Below, piece after piece: positions 28,252 through 36,945 of a DNA stretch of 64,000 nt. The stretch comes from an uncultured Thermotogae bacterium. GTDB lineage: Bacteria > Bipolaricaulota > Bipolaricaulia > UBA7950 > UBA9294. Location of the stretch: NCBI GenBank assembly GCA_964582285.1, contig CAZORQ010000006.1:14086-78085 (forward strand). Direction: 5' to 3'. The position numbers and the translations under genes are program-made. Position 1 is the stretch's first letter. The number at the start of each line of letters is the position of its first letter. Below the pieces are notes generated by a model, which made no database searches, was not told where the DNA came from, and saw nothing but the letters and a program-made list of their open reading frames with translations.

Positions 28252-29325
28252 ATGAAGCGGATCTTGATCGTCTCAACCGAGAAACACTCTGGCAAGAGCC
28301 TCTTGGCGCTCGCTCTTGGGAGAGCGCTCCAGGAGAGAGCGCTCTCCATTGCCTACATGAAGCCGATTAGCTTTGAGGTCTCCTATGCCACAGGGGAACC
28401 GATCGATCGAGATGCCGATGCGATCCGATCGCTTCTTGGCCTTGATGATGATCTTCGCGACATCGCGCCGGTTCCGCTCGAAGGTCCGTTCTTGCGCGAA
28501 GCAATCGAGTCAGGGGATCGCGGATTCAGGAAGCGTATCGACGACGCATTCGCCCGCGTCACTGCAGGACGAGATGTCGCGATCATCGAAGGCCGCAACT
28601 ACCTCGGACTAGGCGTTGGTGCTGGGCTGAGCGATCTTGACCTTGCTTCGCTGCTGAATGCTGATGTGCTGTTGCTGACCTCATACGACGGAGAAGAGGC
28701 GATCGATCGGATCCTGTGCGCCCTTCGTCTGTTTGAGGAGGGGCCGCGAATCCTCGGAGTCATCCTCAAGGACATTCCAATGGACCGATCGGTCAATCTC
28801 GTCAACGAGGTGCTTGTATCTTTCCTTGGAAGCCGGGGAGCAGAGGTCCTGGGGATGATACCTCAAGATCGAAATCTGCGCTCAGTCAGCACGATGGAGA
28901 TTGCACGACGAGTTGGAGGCCGAGTCTTGAACGCCGAGGTTCCCGAGCAGGAGGTCAGCCATTTCGTCATCGGGGCGATGGGGCCGGAAGCATCGTTGCG
29001 CAAGTTCAGACGGACGCCCGAGCTGGCCGTAATAACTGGCGGAGACCGCGAAGAGATCCAGGAAACGGCGCTCGCAGTTCCGAGCCTGCGGTGTCTTGTC
29101 CTCACCGGAGATCACCGCCCATCCCGCCGAATCGTCGAGCGTGCAACTGCCTCCGGCATCGTCGTCATCCTCACCGGACAAGAGACTATGGTTACCGCAG
29201 CAGTCTGCGAGGAGATGCTCACGCGCTTGTGGGTCCGTCCCGGACAGACACTCGACTACGCAGTGGATCACATCCGCTTCAATGTCGATATCGATCGAAT
29301 CCTTGAGAAGTCCGCCGATCAGTGA
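28252..29325 (+). CDS. BioD-like P-loop + DRTGG domain protein (homologue of the Pta N-terminal region; no PTA catalytic domain)
   Basis: ATG 28252. MKRILIVSTEKHSGKSLLALALGRAL...YMKPI, then a DRTGG-type segment LAVITGGDREEI...CLVLTGDHRPS...IVVILTGQETMVTA. Confidence 0.7.
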   Translation: MKRILIVSTEKHSGKSLLALALGRALQERALSIAYMKPISFEVSYATGEPIDRDADAIRSLLGLDDDLRDIAPVPLEGPFLREAIESGDRGFRKRIDDAFARVTAGRDVAIIEGRNYLGLGVGAGLSDLDLASLLNADVLLLTSYDGEEAIDRILCALRLFEEGPRILGVILKDIPMDRSVNLVNEVLVSFLGSRGAEVLGMIPQDRNLRSVSTMEIARRVGGRVLNAEVPEQEVSHFVIGAMGPEASLRKFRRTPELAVITGGDREEIQETALAVPSLRCLVLTGDHRPSRRIVERATASGIVVILTGQETMVTAAVCEEMLTRLWVRPGQTLDYAVDHIRFNVDIDRILEKSADQ

Positions 29326-29738
29326 GCCGCTTCGATTCTGACCTCAGACGTGATTCGAGCCACGCCGACAAGCGTGTTGGCAATTGGGCAGTACCTCTCC
29401 AATGATAGGTCAATCGCTTTTGAAGCATTCGCGATCGGAACATCGCCTTCGACAATGTAGCTCAGATGGATCCTCGTGATGGCTCGGGGGTAGTCGGGCT
29501 CCCGCTCATCTTCGATCTCGATGCGGAGCCCCTTCGGCTCGGTCTTCATCTTCCGCAAGATTGAAATCACGTCCATCCCGGTACAGCCGCCAAGCGCGGA
29601 GAGGAGAACCTCCACAGGACGTGGGGCCGAATCGGCACCCCCAACCTCATGACTCGCATCCATTGTGGTCTCATGTCCGCTCGCCCCACATCCGCAAAAT
29701 GCCATTCCTCCCGCGTAGGTAACGATAGTTCGTCCCAT
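29319..29738 (-). CDS. OsmC-family peroxiredoxin-like protein
   Basis: ATG 29738 with GGAGG RBS. APRPVEVLLSALGGCTGMDVISILRKMK...ERYCPIANTL carries both conserved Cys contexts. Confidence 0.85.
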   Translation of the reverse strand: MGRTIVTYAGGMAFCGCGASGHETTMDASHEVGGADSAPRPVEVLLSALGGCTGMDVISILRKMKTEPKGLRIEIEDEREPDYPRAITRIHLSYIVEGDVPIANASKAIDLSLERYCPIANTLVGVARITSEVRIEAAH

Positions 29739-29758
29739 GCCGCCTCCAATCTTGTAAA

Positions 29759-29768
29759 TATTTAAATA
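29759..29768. promoter_or_regulatory. AT-rich palindrome in the OsmC/ArsR divergent intergenic region (candidate ArsR operator)
   Basis: Perfect 10-bp palindrome TATTTAAATA lies within CTTGTAAATATTTAAATACTTGATTATT, the most AT-rich patch seen in the window. It is flanked by TTGTAA / TTGATT -35-like hexamers. Confidence 0.3.
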
Positions 29769-29828
29769 CTTGATTATTCCGCTTCGATTCATTATCATCC
29801 TATGGCGTATCGAATCAAGGAGCAATCC

Positions 29829-30119
29829 ATGGACGATCAACAACGGAGAATTCACTGGGCTGAGGTTTTCGCCGCTTTGGCAAGCGAAGCACGGTTGCAC
29901 ATTGTAGAGCTTCTCTCCAAGGAGGCCGTTCAGTGTCAGGAGATCCTCGGTCAGATCGAGCTGAGTCAGCCAGCCGTCTCATATCACCTGGCGAAACTCG
30001 AGCGGGCTGGCGTACTTGAAAAGGACCGCCAGGGAACGCGGAACTGCTATCGGCTCCACGAGGCGCTCCGGCCTCTGGTTAGGACCATCATGAAGGAGGA
30101 ATCATGGAACACACAGTAA
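29829..30119 (+). CDS. ArsR/SmtB-family transcriptional regulator
   Basis: The ORF is open from 29802, but ATG 29829 has AAGGAG 6 nt upstream. FAALASEARLHIVELL...CQEILGQIELSQPAVSYHLAKLERAGVL is a winged HTH. Confidence 0.85.
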   Translation: MDDQQRRIHWAEVFAALASEARLHIVELLSKEAVQCQEILGQIELSQPAVSYHLAKLERAGVLEKDRQGTRNCYRLHEALRPLVRTIMKEESWNTQ

Positions 30120-30343
30120 CTGTCTACTCGACACCTTCTTGTTCGTGGTGTCAGGCCGCGAAAGATCATCTACAGGCGCACGGCATTCCATTTGAGGATG
30201 TTGACGTATCCGCCGACATGGACCGTGCACGGGCAATGGTTGAGAAGAGCGGTCAGTACGGTGTCCCGGTTCTGGAGATCGATGGGGACATCGTGATCGG
30301 TTTCGACCGTGCGCGAATCAACGAACTGCTGGAGATCACGTAG
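30104..30343 (+). CDS. glutaredoxin-like protein (NrdH/YruB type)
   Basis: 79 aa. VTVYSTPSCSWCQAAKDHL carries CxxC, followed by GVPVLEIDG. Overlaps the arsR-like gene by 16 nt. Confidence 0.85.
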   Translation: MEHTVTVYSTPSCSWCQAAKDHLQAHGIPFEDVDVSADMDRARAMVEKSGQYGVPVLEIDGDIVIGFDRARINELLEIT

Positions 30344-30376
30344 CTGTACAGACCCGGGACAATTGAAACGCAGATC

Positions 30377-30409
30377 GCTTCCACCGGCATCATCTCTGCC
30401 GGTGGAAGC
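30377..30409. terminator. bidirectional stem-loop between convergent genes
   Basis: Perfect 13-bp stem GCTTCCACCGGCA / TGCCGGTGGAAGC with a 7-nt loop, between the glutaredoxin gene (+) and the P-loop kinase gene (-). Confidence 0.6.
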
Positions 30410-30417
30410 CATTCATC

Positions 30418-31002
30418 CTAGGGGACGAATAGAGGCAGTGGCTCTCTCTTCTCGATTCGCTTTTTTCGAAGTGGTTTGCCCTTTACCTCTCGGCGAGTTG
30501 CCGCCAACGTAGTATCTGGGGGCATCTCCGCGCTCTCAACTCGAGCGAATCCCTCCCGCATGTCAACTGGATCGTACGAACGGACAAGCATGTCGAATCG
30601 GTGTCTGTCGAAGTCGGCTACAGAGATGTTTGGATCTGATGCGGAGAGCTGCGCCAGACTGAGTTGTACCCGCGAGTACAACTCATCGGGGTCCACAGAC
30701 GGCATGACGTAAGCGATCGCTTCTCTCCCCGACAGCAGGGCCAATTCGACGAGCTGGCTGCGTACGCTTCGAGAGAGGTTGAGATCATCCACACAGACGA
30801 CTTCGACATCGGAACCGATGACTTCGACCAGGACCGAAGCGAAGATCCGGTCAACGACGTCCTCATATCTTGGCGTGAAGTTGCAGTGGAAGATCTCGCG
30901 ACGTATCGCATCCTTCGAGACAGCCGCCCACTCAGGGTGTCTCTTCTGGAACGCGGTCTTCCCGGAGCCGGGGAGACCGACGAGCACAACCAGTCTTCTC
31001 AT
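30418..31002 (-). CDS. P-loop ATPase/kinase (AAA_33, polynucleotide-kinase-like)
   Basis: ATG 31002 (GGTGAGGGG RBS). MRRLVVLVGLPGSGKTAF is a Walker A motif. ~195 aa with a basic C-terminal tail. Confidence 0.65.
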   Translation of the reverse strand: MRRLVVLVGLPGSGKTAFQKRHPEWAAVSKDAIRREIFHCNFTPRYEDVVDRIFASVLVEVIGSDVEVVCVDDLNLSRSVRSQLVELALLSGREAIAYVMPSVDPDELYSRVQLSLAQLSASDPNISVADFDRHRFDMLVRSYDPVDMREGFARVESAEMPPDTTLAATRREVKGKPLRKKRIEKREPLPLFVP

Positions 31003-31086
31003 CCCCTCACCTTCCATTTGCAGCAACCGCCAGTATGGATGAGACGCCGCCTCAGATCAAGAACTCTGTCAGAGACCTCGGACACG

Positions 31087-32457
31087 TCAGTCGGAGACAG
31101 CATCGTACACATTGATCAGTCCGTGCCCGAACCTCTCATCGAACCCGTGTGCTCCCAAATCAATGGTTGATCTTCGAAGGATCTCGATGGCCCTATTCGG
31201 TGAGATTCCCGGATGCGATGAGAGAACCAACGCGAGAGCTCCGGCAACGTGCGGTGCCGCAAACGATGTTCCCGAGCGGGTTGACGTCCCTCCGCCTGGC
31301 ACGAATGACACAATCCACTCGCCAGGAGCACAGACAAACACCTCGGGTCCGTACGAGCTGAATCCCGCGGCGAGGTCGTCTTGGGTGGTTGCGGAGACAG
31401 CGTAGACCGAGTCGTACTTCCCGGGATACTGAACGCCTGCTTCCCCGGTATTCCCGGTGATCCCTATGATCAGTACACCACGCGTCGCCGCTCTCCGCAG
31501 CGCGTCCTCGAAGTAGCTTGGAGGTCTCCCGTGCGCAAACACGCTCATGTTGATGATCTTCGCCCCATTGTCGACAGCGTACTCAATCGCGTCGGCAAAC
31601 GTTCGCCAATCGGAGGACAGGAACTGGTTGTCCGAATTTAGAAACCGCACGTCCATGATCCGCACACCGGGCGCAATGCCGACAATCGGGGTCTCGCCAG
31701 GACGTGCTGCGATGATCCCCGCGCTAAACGTACCGTGCCAATGAATCGGCGTGCCGACAAGAGAGCTGTTGTCGTCATCTCGGAAATCCCACCCATTCAC
31801 GTCATCGACGTAGCCGTTGTGATCGTCATCTATCCCATTGCCAGGAATCTCGTCGTCGTTAATCCATAGGCTCTCTTGCAGCTGGGGAATCGACGTATCG
31901 ATTCCAGAATCGATCACGGCCACCACAACGTTCGGGTCCCCATGCTCGATCCACCAGGCTTCAGGGGCAAAGATCCGTTGCAGTCCCCAATTGACCGGTT
32001 CCTGATACACCGTGTATAGCCCTTCACCTTCCGTGATCGGAGTCTCTTCCAATGGTAGTTGGATGGGGAGAACCCGAAACGCGAGCGCCTTCGAGATGGG
32101 TCCATCTGCTCCAAGATCCAGCGCTGCCTCCACGAGGTAGATGCCCGTCCTTTGAAAGTCCCATCGGCTTCTTGCAATCGCACTTGCCGTTTCTCCGGGC
32201 GCAACGGAGAACGTCTCCACCGGGACAACCTCGATCACGCGGCCGAGTCGGTCTCGCAGGCTAACTCTCCCTTCGGCAAAAGTCAGAGGAGTGGTTCCCC
32301 GGTTTGAGAAGGCAAGCTCCACTTCAAACGGTGCCAAACTACGAATCTCGATCCGCTCGATCCACTCGCTTGAGGGCACCGCCGAGGCAACCTGTGCTAT
32401 GCAGGCTACCGCCAGAAGAACAGCCAAGTACCGGAGGACCATCGAGCGTCGTCTCAT
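31087..32457 (-). CDS. secreted subtilisin-like serine protease (peptidase S8) with an N-terminal beta-sandwich domain
   Basis: Signal peptide MRRRSMVLRYLAVLLAVACIAQVASA. Catalytic triad contexts VAVIDSGID, HGTFSAGII, GTSFAAPHVAG. ATGA overlap with the upstream GGDEF gene. Confidence 0.9.
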   Translation of the reverse strand: MRRRSMVLRYLAVLLAVACIAQVASAVPSSEWIERIEIRSLAPFEVELAFSNRGTTPLTFAEGRVSLRDRLGRVIEVVPVETFSVAPGETASAIARSRWDFQRTGIYLVEAALDLGADGPISKALAFRVLPIQLPLEETPITEGEGLYTVYQEPVNWGLQRIFAPEAWWIEHGDPNVVVAVIDSGIDTSIPQLQESLWINDDEIPGNGIDDDHNGYVDDVNGWDFRDDDNSSLVGTPIHWHGTFSAGIIAARPGETPIVGIAPGVRIMDVRFLNSDNQFLSSDWRTFADAIEYAVDNGAKIINMSVFAHGRPPSYFEDALRRAATRGVLIIGITGNTGEAGVQYPGKYDSVYAVSATTQDDLAAGFSSYGPEVFVCAPGEWIVSFVPGGGTSTRSGTSFAAPHVAGALALVLSSHPGISPNRAIEILRRSTIDLGAHGFDERFGHGLINVYDAVSD

Positions 32458-33752
32458 CCACGTGTAGTGTCGTCGGAACCGACAACCTGAGCGATGACCT
32501 CATCGATTCCCGGTGCTCCGGATTCTCCCCATCCCATATGCGTGATGGACACGTCAAAAGGGAATCCGAATTGGGCTGTTACATCGGGCACCAAGGCACG
32601 CAACCGTTCTGCAGCAACGCTTGCACCGTCTTCAGGCGTTTCGGGAAGCAATGAGGCAAACCGATGTTCCCCAACACGGAAGAGAACATCCACATTGCGC
32701 AGATTGCCAACAAGGAAGCTTGCTGTCCGAACGAGAACCCTGGCACGATCTTCCTCGCTCTGGGACTCCAGTCCGTCAAGTTGAGCTAGAAGGAGCGATG
32801 TCGCATGCCCGTACCGACGTGTCTTGTTCAACTCGCGGTCAAGTTCGGCCTGCAGATGATCCAGCGTGTAGGCGCCGGTGAGCTCATCGAGCACGACAAG
32901 CTTCATCAACTCCTGCTCGTGTGAGTGGATGACTTTCGTCATCAGGTTGAATCCCGAGATGAGCTGTCCGACCTCGTCGCGCAACGGCGTCCCTGGAATC
33001 CTTCGGAACGGAGCGGAGACCTCCACATCGTACTTCCGTTCCGCAACCGAACTCATCGCTTCGGCCAGTCGTCCGACCGGCTTGGTCACAATCGTCTGGA
33101 GCGCGATGTACAGGAACCCTCCAAGCAACAGAAATCCGACTATGGAGGCAACACCGAATCGCAATGAAAGCCGCGAGATGAACCATGCCTGCTCTGCAAG
33201 TGACATGTCGACGACGACAACACCCAGAAGGTCCGGTCCTGAGAAAATCGGATGGTGTGCCCTCAGGTAGGATATCCCGCCAAGCTGGATTGTGCTGACT
33301 TCGACACTCCTGAGCGTCTCGAAGTGGTCCTGTTCTGCCTCTGTTGCCAGGATGCCAACCATCGTCGGATCGGTACTCGCAACGGCCAGGAATCCACGAG
33401 CACTGAGACCGACGACTGTGATCCCTACGACTGATTCGTACCGCTCAAGCAATCGGGCGATGTCCGCATCGAGTTCATCCGAGTAGTAGAGGATGTATTG
33501 CTCTTCCTGTATCGATTTCGAGATGACTGCAGCGACGCTTCGGGCACGTTGCTCGTAGATCGATGCGATTGAACTTCGCAGAGAGATGGAAGCAAACGCG
33601 TACAGGGCACCGACGACCAAGAAAGCAATGACTAGGACAAGTACGACAAGTTTGGTCCGTAGGCTCACACCGTATCGGATCCAGGATCGGAAGCGCAGCA
33701 GCAGCTTGGGCCATCGAATCCGCTTCTGCACGGCAGCCTCTTTCGTCTCCAT
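32454..33752 (-). CDS. membrane sensor with HAMP and degenerate GGDEF domain
   Basis: Two TM segments flank a ~150-aa extracytoplasmic domain, followed by HAMP (PVGRLAEAMSSVAERKYDVEV...). In the GGDEF fold (DELTGAYTLDHL...) the active site reads GEHRF and the upstream RNVD (RxxD) is kept. AAAGGAG RBS. Confidence 0.8.
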   Translation of the reverse strand: METKEAAVQKRIRWPKLLLRFRSWIRYGVSLRTKLVVLVLVIAFLVVGALYAFASISLRSSIASIYEQRARSVAAVISKSIQEEQYILYYSDELDADIARLLERYESVVGITVVGLSARGFLAVASTDPTMVGILATEAEQDHFETLRSVEVSTIQLGGISYLRAHHPIFSGPDLLGVVVVDMSLAEQAWFISRLSLRFGVASIVGFLLLGGFLYIALQTIVTKPVGRLAEAMSSVAERKYDVEVSAPFRRIPGTPLRDEVGQLISGFNLMTKVIHSHEQELMKLVVLDELTGAYTLDHLQAELDRELNKTRRYGHATSLLLAQLDGLESQSEEDRARVLVRTASFLVGNLRNVDVLFRVGEHRFASLLPETPEDGASVAAERLRALVPDVTAQFGFPFDVSITHMGWGESGAPGIDEVIAQVVGSDDTTRG

Positions 33753-33766
33753 CGAATCTCCTTTTC

Positions 33767-36217
33767 CTACTCCGCGAGGACTCCCTGTTCTACGAGGTAC
33801 TCCCGCACGATCATCTCCGGTCGGCGCTGCAATAGGCGAACGCGGCTGCTCAAATCGTGGACCACGGAGGATGTCAGTGCGGCTGCGAGAGTTTCCAGTT
33901 CGTTGAGAAGCTCGGGGAACTGCGCACGAACGGTGGAGCGTAAGGCCACAACCACGCCTTCGGACCCGAACACGCCAAGATCATCTTCGAGCGCGACAAA
34001 CCCCGAAGCGGTCAGCACCTCTTCCAGACTATCCACGATGGCCATCTCGACCGCCCCGAACTTGAGAAGGACTTCCGTCTCCTCAAGCGTATGCGCCCAG
34101 TTGACGGAGTCCACCCAATCCGTCAATCCGTATTCCGCCTCCAGAGAGGTGGCGGCGTCCTTGCTCAATGACTCCGAGACGGCATACCGGAATGAATGCT
34201 GAGACTGATGGATCATCCCAGCAAACGAAGAGAGCGTTGCTTCTGACAAGCGGTCCGCTGTATCAGACGAAACAATGCTGGTCCAGCCCCTGGTTGCTGG
34301 AATCGGCAGAGCTTCGATATCCCCCTCCGTCTCGGAGATACCTGATGCGAGCCCCCTGTCTCCAATCGCGAGATCCACGTCTTGCGCTCGAAGCGCCTCG
34401 TGGACGCTATTCTCATCTCCCATGCCAATCAGATCGATCACCCGGAATCCAGCCTCAACCAACACATGCTGGAGAATGCGGCCCAGGATCTCTTGAGAGA
34501 GACTCCCCTCGGTTCCAATCGCCACCGTTCCGCGCCAAGCGGAACCTTCGAGAGTGACACCATTCGAGATCATCGCCAAGTTGGCATCACGAATATCCTT
34601 CACACCGCCCCACCAGTTTCCTCCCGCATAGAAGGCCTCGCCGGTTTCGTTTGCGATATCCAAAGACCCGCTCTCCGCGAAGACGTTGTTTACAGCAATC
34701 GGGGAAGCGATTTCGCCTCCCTCAATTGGCAACTCGGGAATCCCCTCAATGCTTGTTGCGCCCGTATGCCGAAGTCCGATGCGATTCCGTCGGATGGTGT
34801 TCCCCTCGATTCGGATACCAGTCCCGGAGCGGAGAAGAAGCATCCCAGTGTCGTTTGCAACAATGTCATTGTTCAGCACCTCGCTCCTCGAGGAAGCGAC
34901 AATCAGGATCCCGACAAATCCATCGAGTAGCCGATTCGCCGAAACACTCGTTTCTCGGGATCCGTCCAGCAGACAGAGGCCGACGGCCTCATGATCCTCA
35001 ATCCAATTTCGCAGCAGCGTATTCCCGGGGGAGCCCGCTAACACAACCCCCATCTCTCCCCCAGATATCCGGTTGTCAAAGAGGCTATTCAGGCTTCCCC
35101 CACTGAGGACGATTCCGGTTTGACGACTCGAGGAAATGCTGTTCCGAAGGATACGATTGCCCCTGCATCCCTCCGCTTCAATCGCGACGGTGTTCTCCAC
35201 CAGCCAGCTGCCAATCACTAGATTGCGGTCGCTGCCTGCAAGTCGGATCCCCGCCCCACCGCAGTTCTCGATTCGGTTATACGACAATGCGTTTTCGGCG
35301 CTCTGGGAGAGAAGGATCCCGTCATCTTGGGATGCATGGATTGCGCTTCCTATCGCTCGATTGCGCACAGCCTGTCGAAAGGACAGACCAGCAACGCTGG
35401 ATTCCTCGATCTCGCACTGGACGATCTCATTCCCGGTTGCGCCCTCAAGGAGGACGCCGATGCCCGAACCACGGATAGTCGTGCGTACGAGCTTGTTGTC
35501 GTTTGCTCCTCGGAATCCCACCGCTATGTTTGAGGATCGCTCAACCAGGCAATCCCGTAGCTCGTTTTCCGTCGATCCCTGCTCGATCAAGATGCCCATC
35601 GGAGCATCGGAGACGACGATCCGCTCGATGACGTTCTCCCACGATGCGAGTGCGGTCAGGCCGCTTTGGTCAGCACCGCGAACTGTGATATCAGCAAGCA
35701 GGTTGCCACCGGAAGAGACAAGCTCAATCCCGATCTGCTCGACATCCAGGTCGATCGCTTTGAGATTTGATGCCCGTGCGTCGCGCAGCTGGATTCCAAT
35801 CGGAGCGCCCGAGACACGTATGTCCTCAATCCTACAGCGCGCCGATTCCACACGAATGCCTATGCTCTCCGAGACAATGTCAAGTCCGCGCAGAGTAACT
35901 CCGTCCGCGCGGATCGCGAGCGCAGGCTCTGTACCATCCGCCTCCAACACCGCGGCCCTATCCACAATGAGCTTGAGTTCGGGAACATCAATCGACACAG
36001 GCCCTTTGAATGGTTCACCGCGCGATTGCAGGACGATTGTCCCGCCCGCGACGGCGTGGTCGACAGCCAACTGCACGGTAGCAAAATCCCGCGGGACGAA
36101 GATCGTCCCGTCGGGCCACCGGCGTACACCCACCACCAGGAAGATCGTGACCGAAATAGCAGCAACCACGGCCAACCCCAGAAGCGCGATTCCTGCCTTG
36201 CGTAGACGACGATTCAT
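33767..36217 (-). CDS. membrane-anchored right-handed beta-helix (NosD-like) protein fused to a C-terminal OpuAC-type substrate-binding domain
   Basis: 816 aa with an N-terminal TM anchor. ~500 aa of parallel beta-helix repeats (recurring ...N.I..N..GI.L... turns). The C-terminal ~290 aa resembles glycine-betaine-binding proteins (VAIGTEGSLSQEILGRILQHVLVEAGFRVIDL...DVDLAIGD...FPELLNELETLAAALTSSVVHDLSSRV). Confidence 0.7.
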   Translation of the reverse strand: MNRRLRKAGIALLGLAVVAAISVTIFLVVGVRRWPDGTIFVPRDFATVQLAVDHAVAGGTIVLQSRGEPFKGPVSIDVPELKLIVDRAAVLEADGTEPALAIRADGVTLRGLDIVSESIGIRVESARCRIEDIRVSGAPIGIQLRDARASNLKAIDLDVEQIGIELVSSGGNLLADITVRGADQSGLTALASWENVIERIVVSDAPMGILIEQGSTENELRDCLVERSSNIAVGFRGANDNKLVRTTIRGSGIGVLLEGATGNEIVQCEIEESSVAGLSFRQAVRNRAIGSAIHASQDDGILLSQSAENALSYNRIENCGGAGIRLAGSDRNLVIGSWLVENTVAIEAEGCRGNRILRNSISSSRQTGIVLSGGSLNSLFDNRISGGEMGVVLAGSPGNTLLRNWIEDHEAVGLCLLDGSRETSVSANRLLDGFVGILIVASSRSEVLNNDIVANDTGMLLLRSGTGIRIEGNTIRRNRIGLRHTGATSIEGIPELPIEGGEIASPIAVNNVFAESGSLDIANETGEAFYAGGNWWGGVKDIRDANLAMISNGVTLEGSAWRGTVAIGTEGSLSQEILGRILQHVLVEAGFRVIDLIGMGDENSVHEALRAQDVDLAIGDRGLASGISETEGDIEALPIPATRGWTSIVSSDTADRLSEATLSSFAGMIHQSQHSFRYAVSESLSKDAATSLEAEYGLTDWVDSVNWAHTLEETEVLLKFGAVEMAIVDSLEEVLTASGFVALEDDLGVFGSEGVVVALRSTVRAQFPELLNELETLAAALTSSVVHDLSSRVRLLQRRPEMIVREYLVEQGVLAE

Positions 36218-36627
36218 AATCTCACTCTACCACACTCGAACTGATACCGTCCAAAACATTGATCCCTTGGTTGGATTCGCATGCAGGATTGCTCGCGGAG
36301 CACGGTGTTGATCCATTGGGCCCTATGTGCCAATCCCCGCATCGGAGGAGCCAGCGGTGCGGTTTGCGCAAACGCCCTTCATTGCCCGAAATCACCAAGT
36401 GCCGGCCTCCTCGGCGCAATCCAAGCATTGCACCCTTCCGCCCGATTCTTCCTGGGTCGGAGTTGCTCAAGACACGATCTTGATCGGCGTTGCCATGGCC
36501 TGCCGTCTCTCTATCGGAATCAGCAGTTCTTCCATGTCGTTCTCACAGGCCCCCAAAGAGGAAGCGCTGGCTTGCTGTGCCCTCAACAGCCAAACCCATG
36601 AGGTCTCGGCGAGCCGCTCCACCGCCT

Positions 36628-36945
36628 CTATGTATCGGACAAGAGCTCCACGCCAATCGCAGCCAGCCAGCACAGAAAGCTTCGCTCAATCGCCGTGTCA
36701 TAGAAGTGGAGTGCCTCCGGTCCATGGGCTGTCGTGAACCGACCGATGTAGGCCATGATGCCTTCCCAATCCTCTTGCGGCATCCCGTCGCGAATCTGTT
36801 GTGCCCTATCGACACAGAGCATCGTCAGAACGCTGTCGACAGTGTAGTCCGTGAGCTCCGCAATCTGATCGAAACGGATGTCCCGCCCTTCGTCGAGAAG
36901 ACTGAGCACGCCTTGAATGAACTTGCGAACGGAACTTCGATACAT
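36628..36945 (-). CDS. hypothetical protein (weak call, possibly frameshifted)
   Basis: MYRSSVRKFIQGVLSLLDEGRDIRFDQIAELTDYTVDSVL... has protein-like composition, unlike the overlapping + strand ORF. A second protein-like frame continues at 36467-36673. Confidence 0.3.
   Translation of the reverse strand: MYRSSVRKFIQGVLSLLDEGRDIRFDQIAELTDYTVDSVLTMLCVDRAQQIRDGMPQEDWEGIMAYIGRFTTAHGPEALHFYDTAIERSFLCWLAAIGVELLSDT

Noticed and set aside
35136-36311. 391-aa + strand ORF.
   Set aside because: It is antisense to the beta-helix/OpuAC gene. Its composition is Ser/Arg/Pro-rich, which is typical of an antisense frame of a GC-rich gene.
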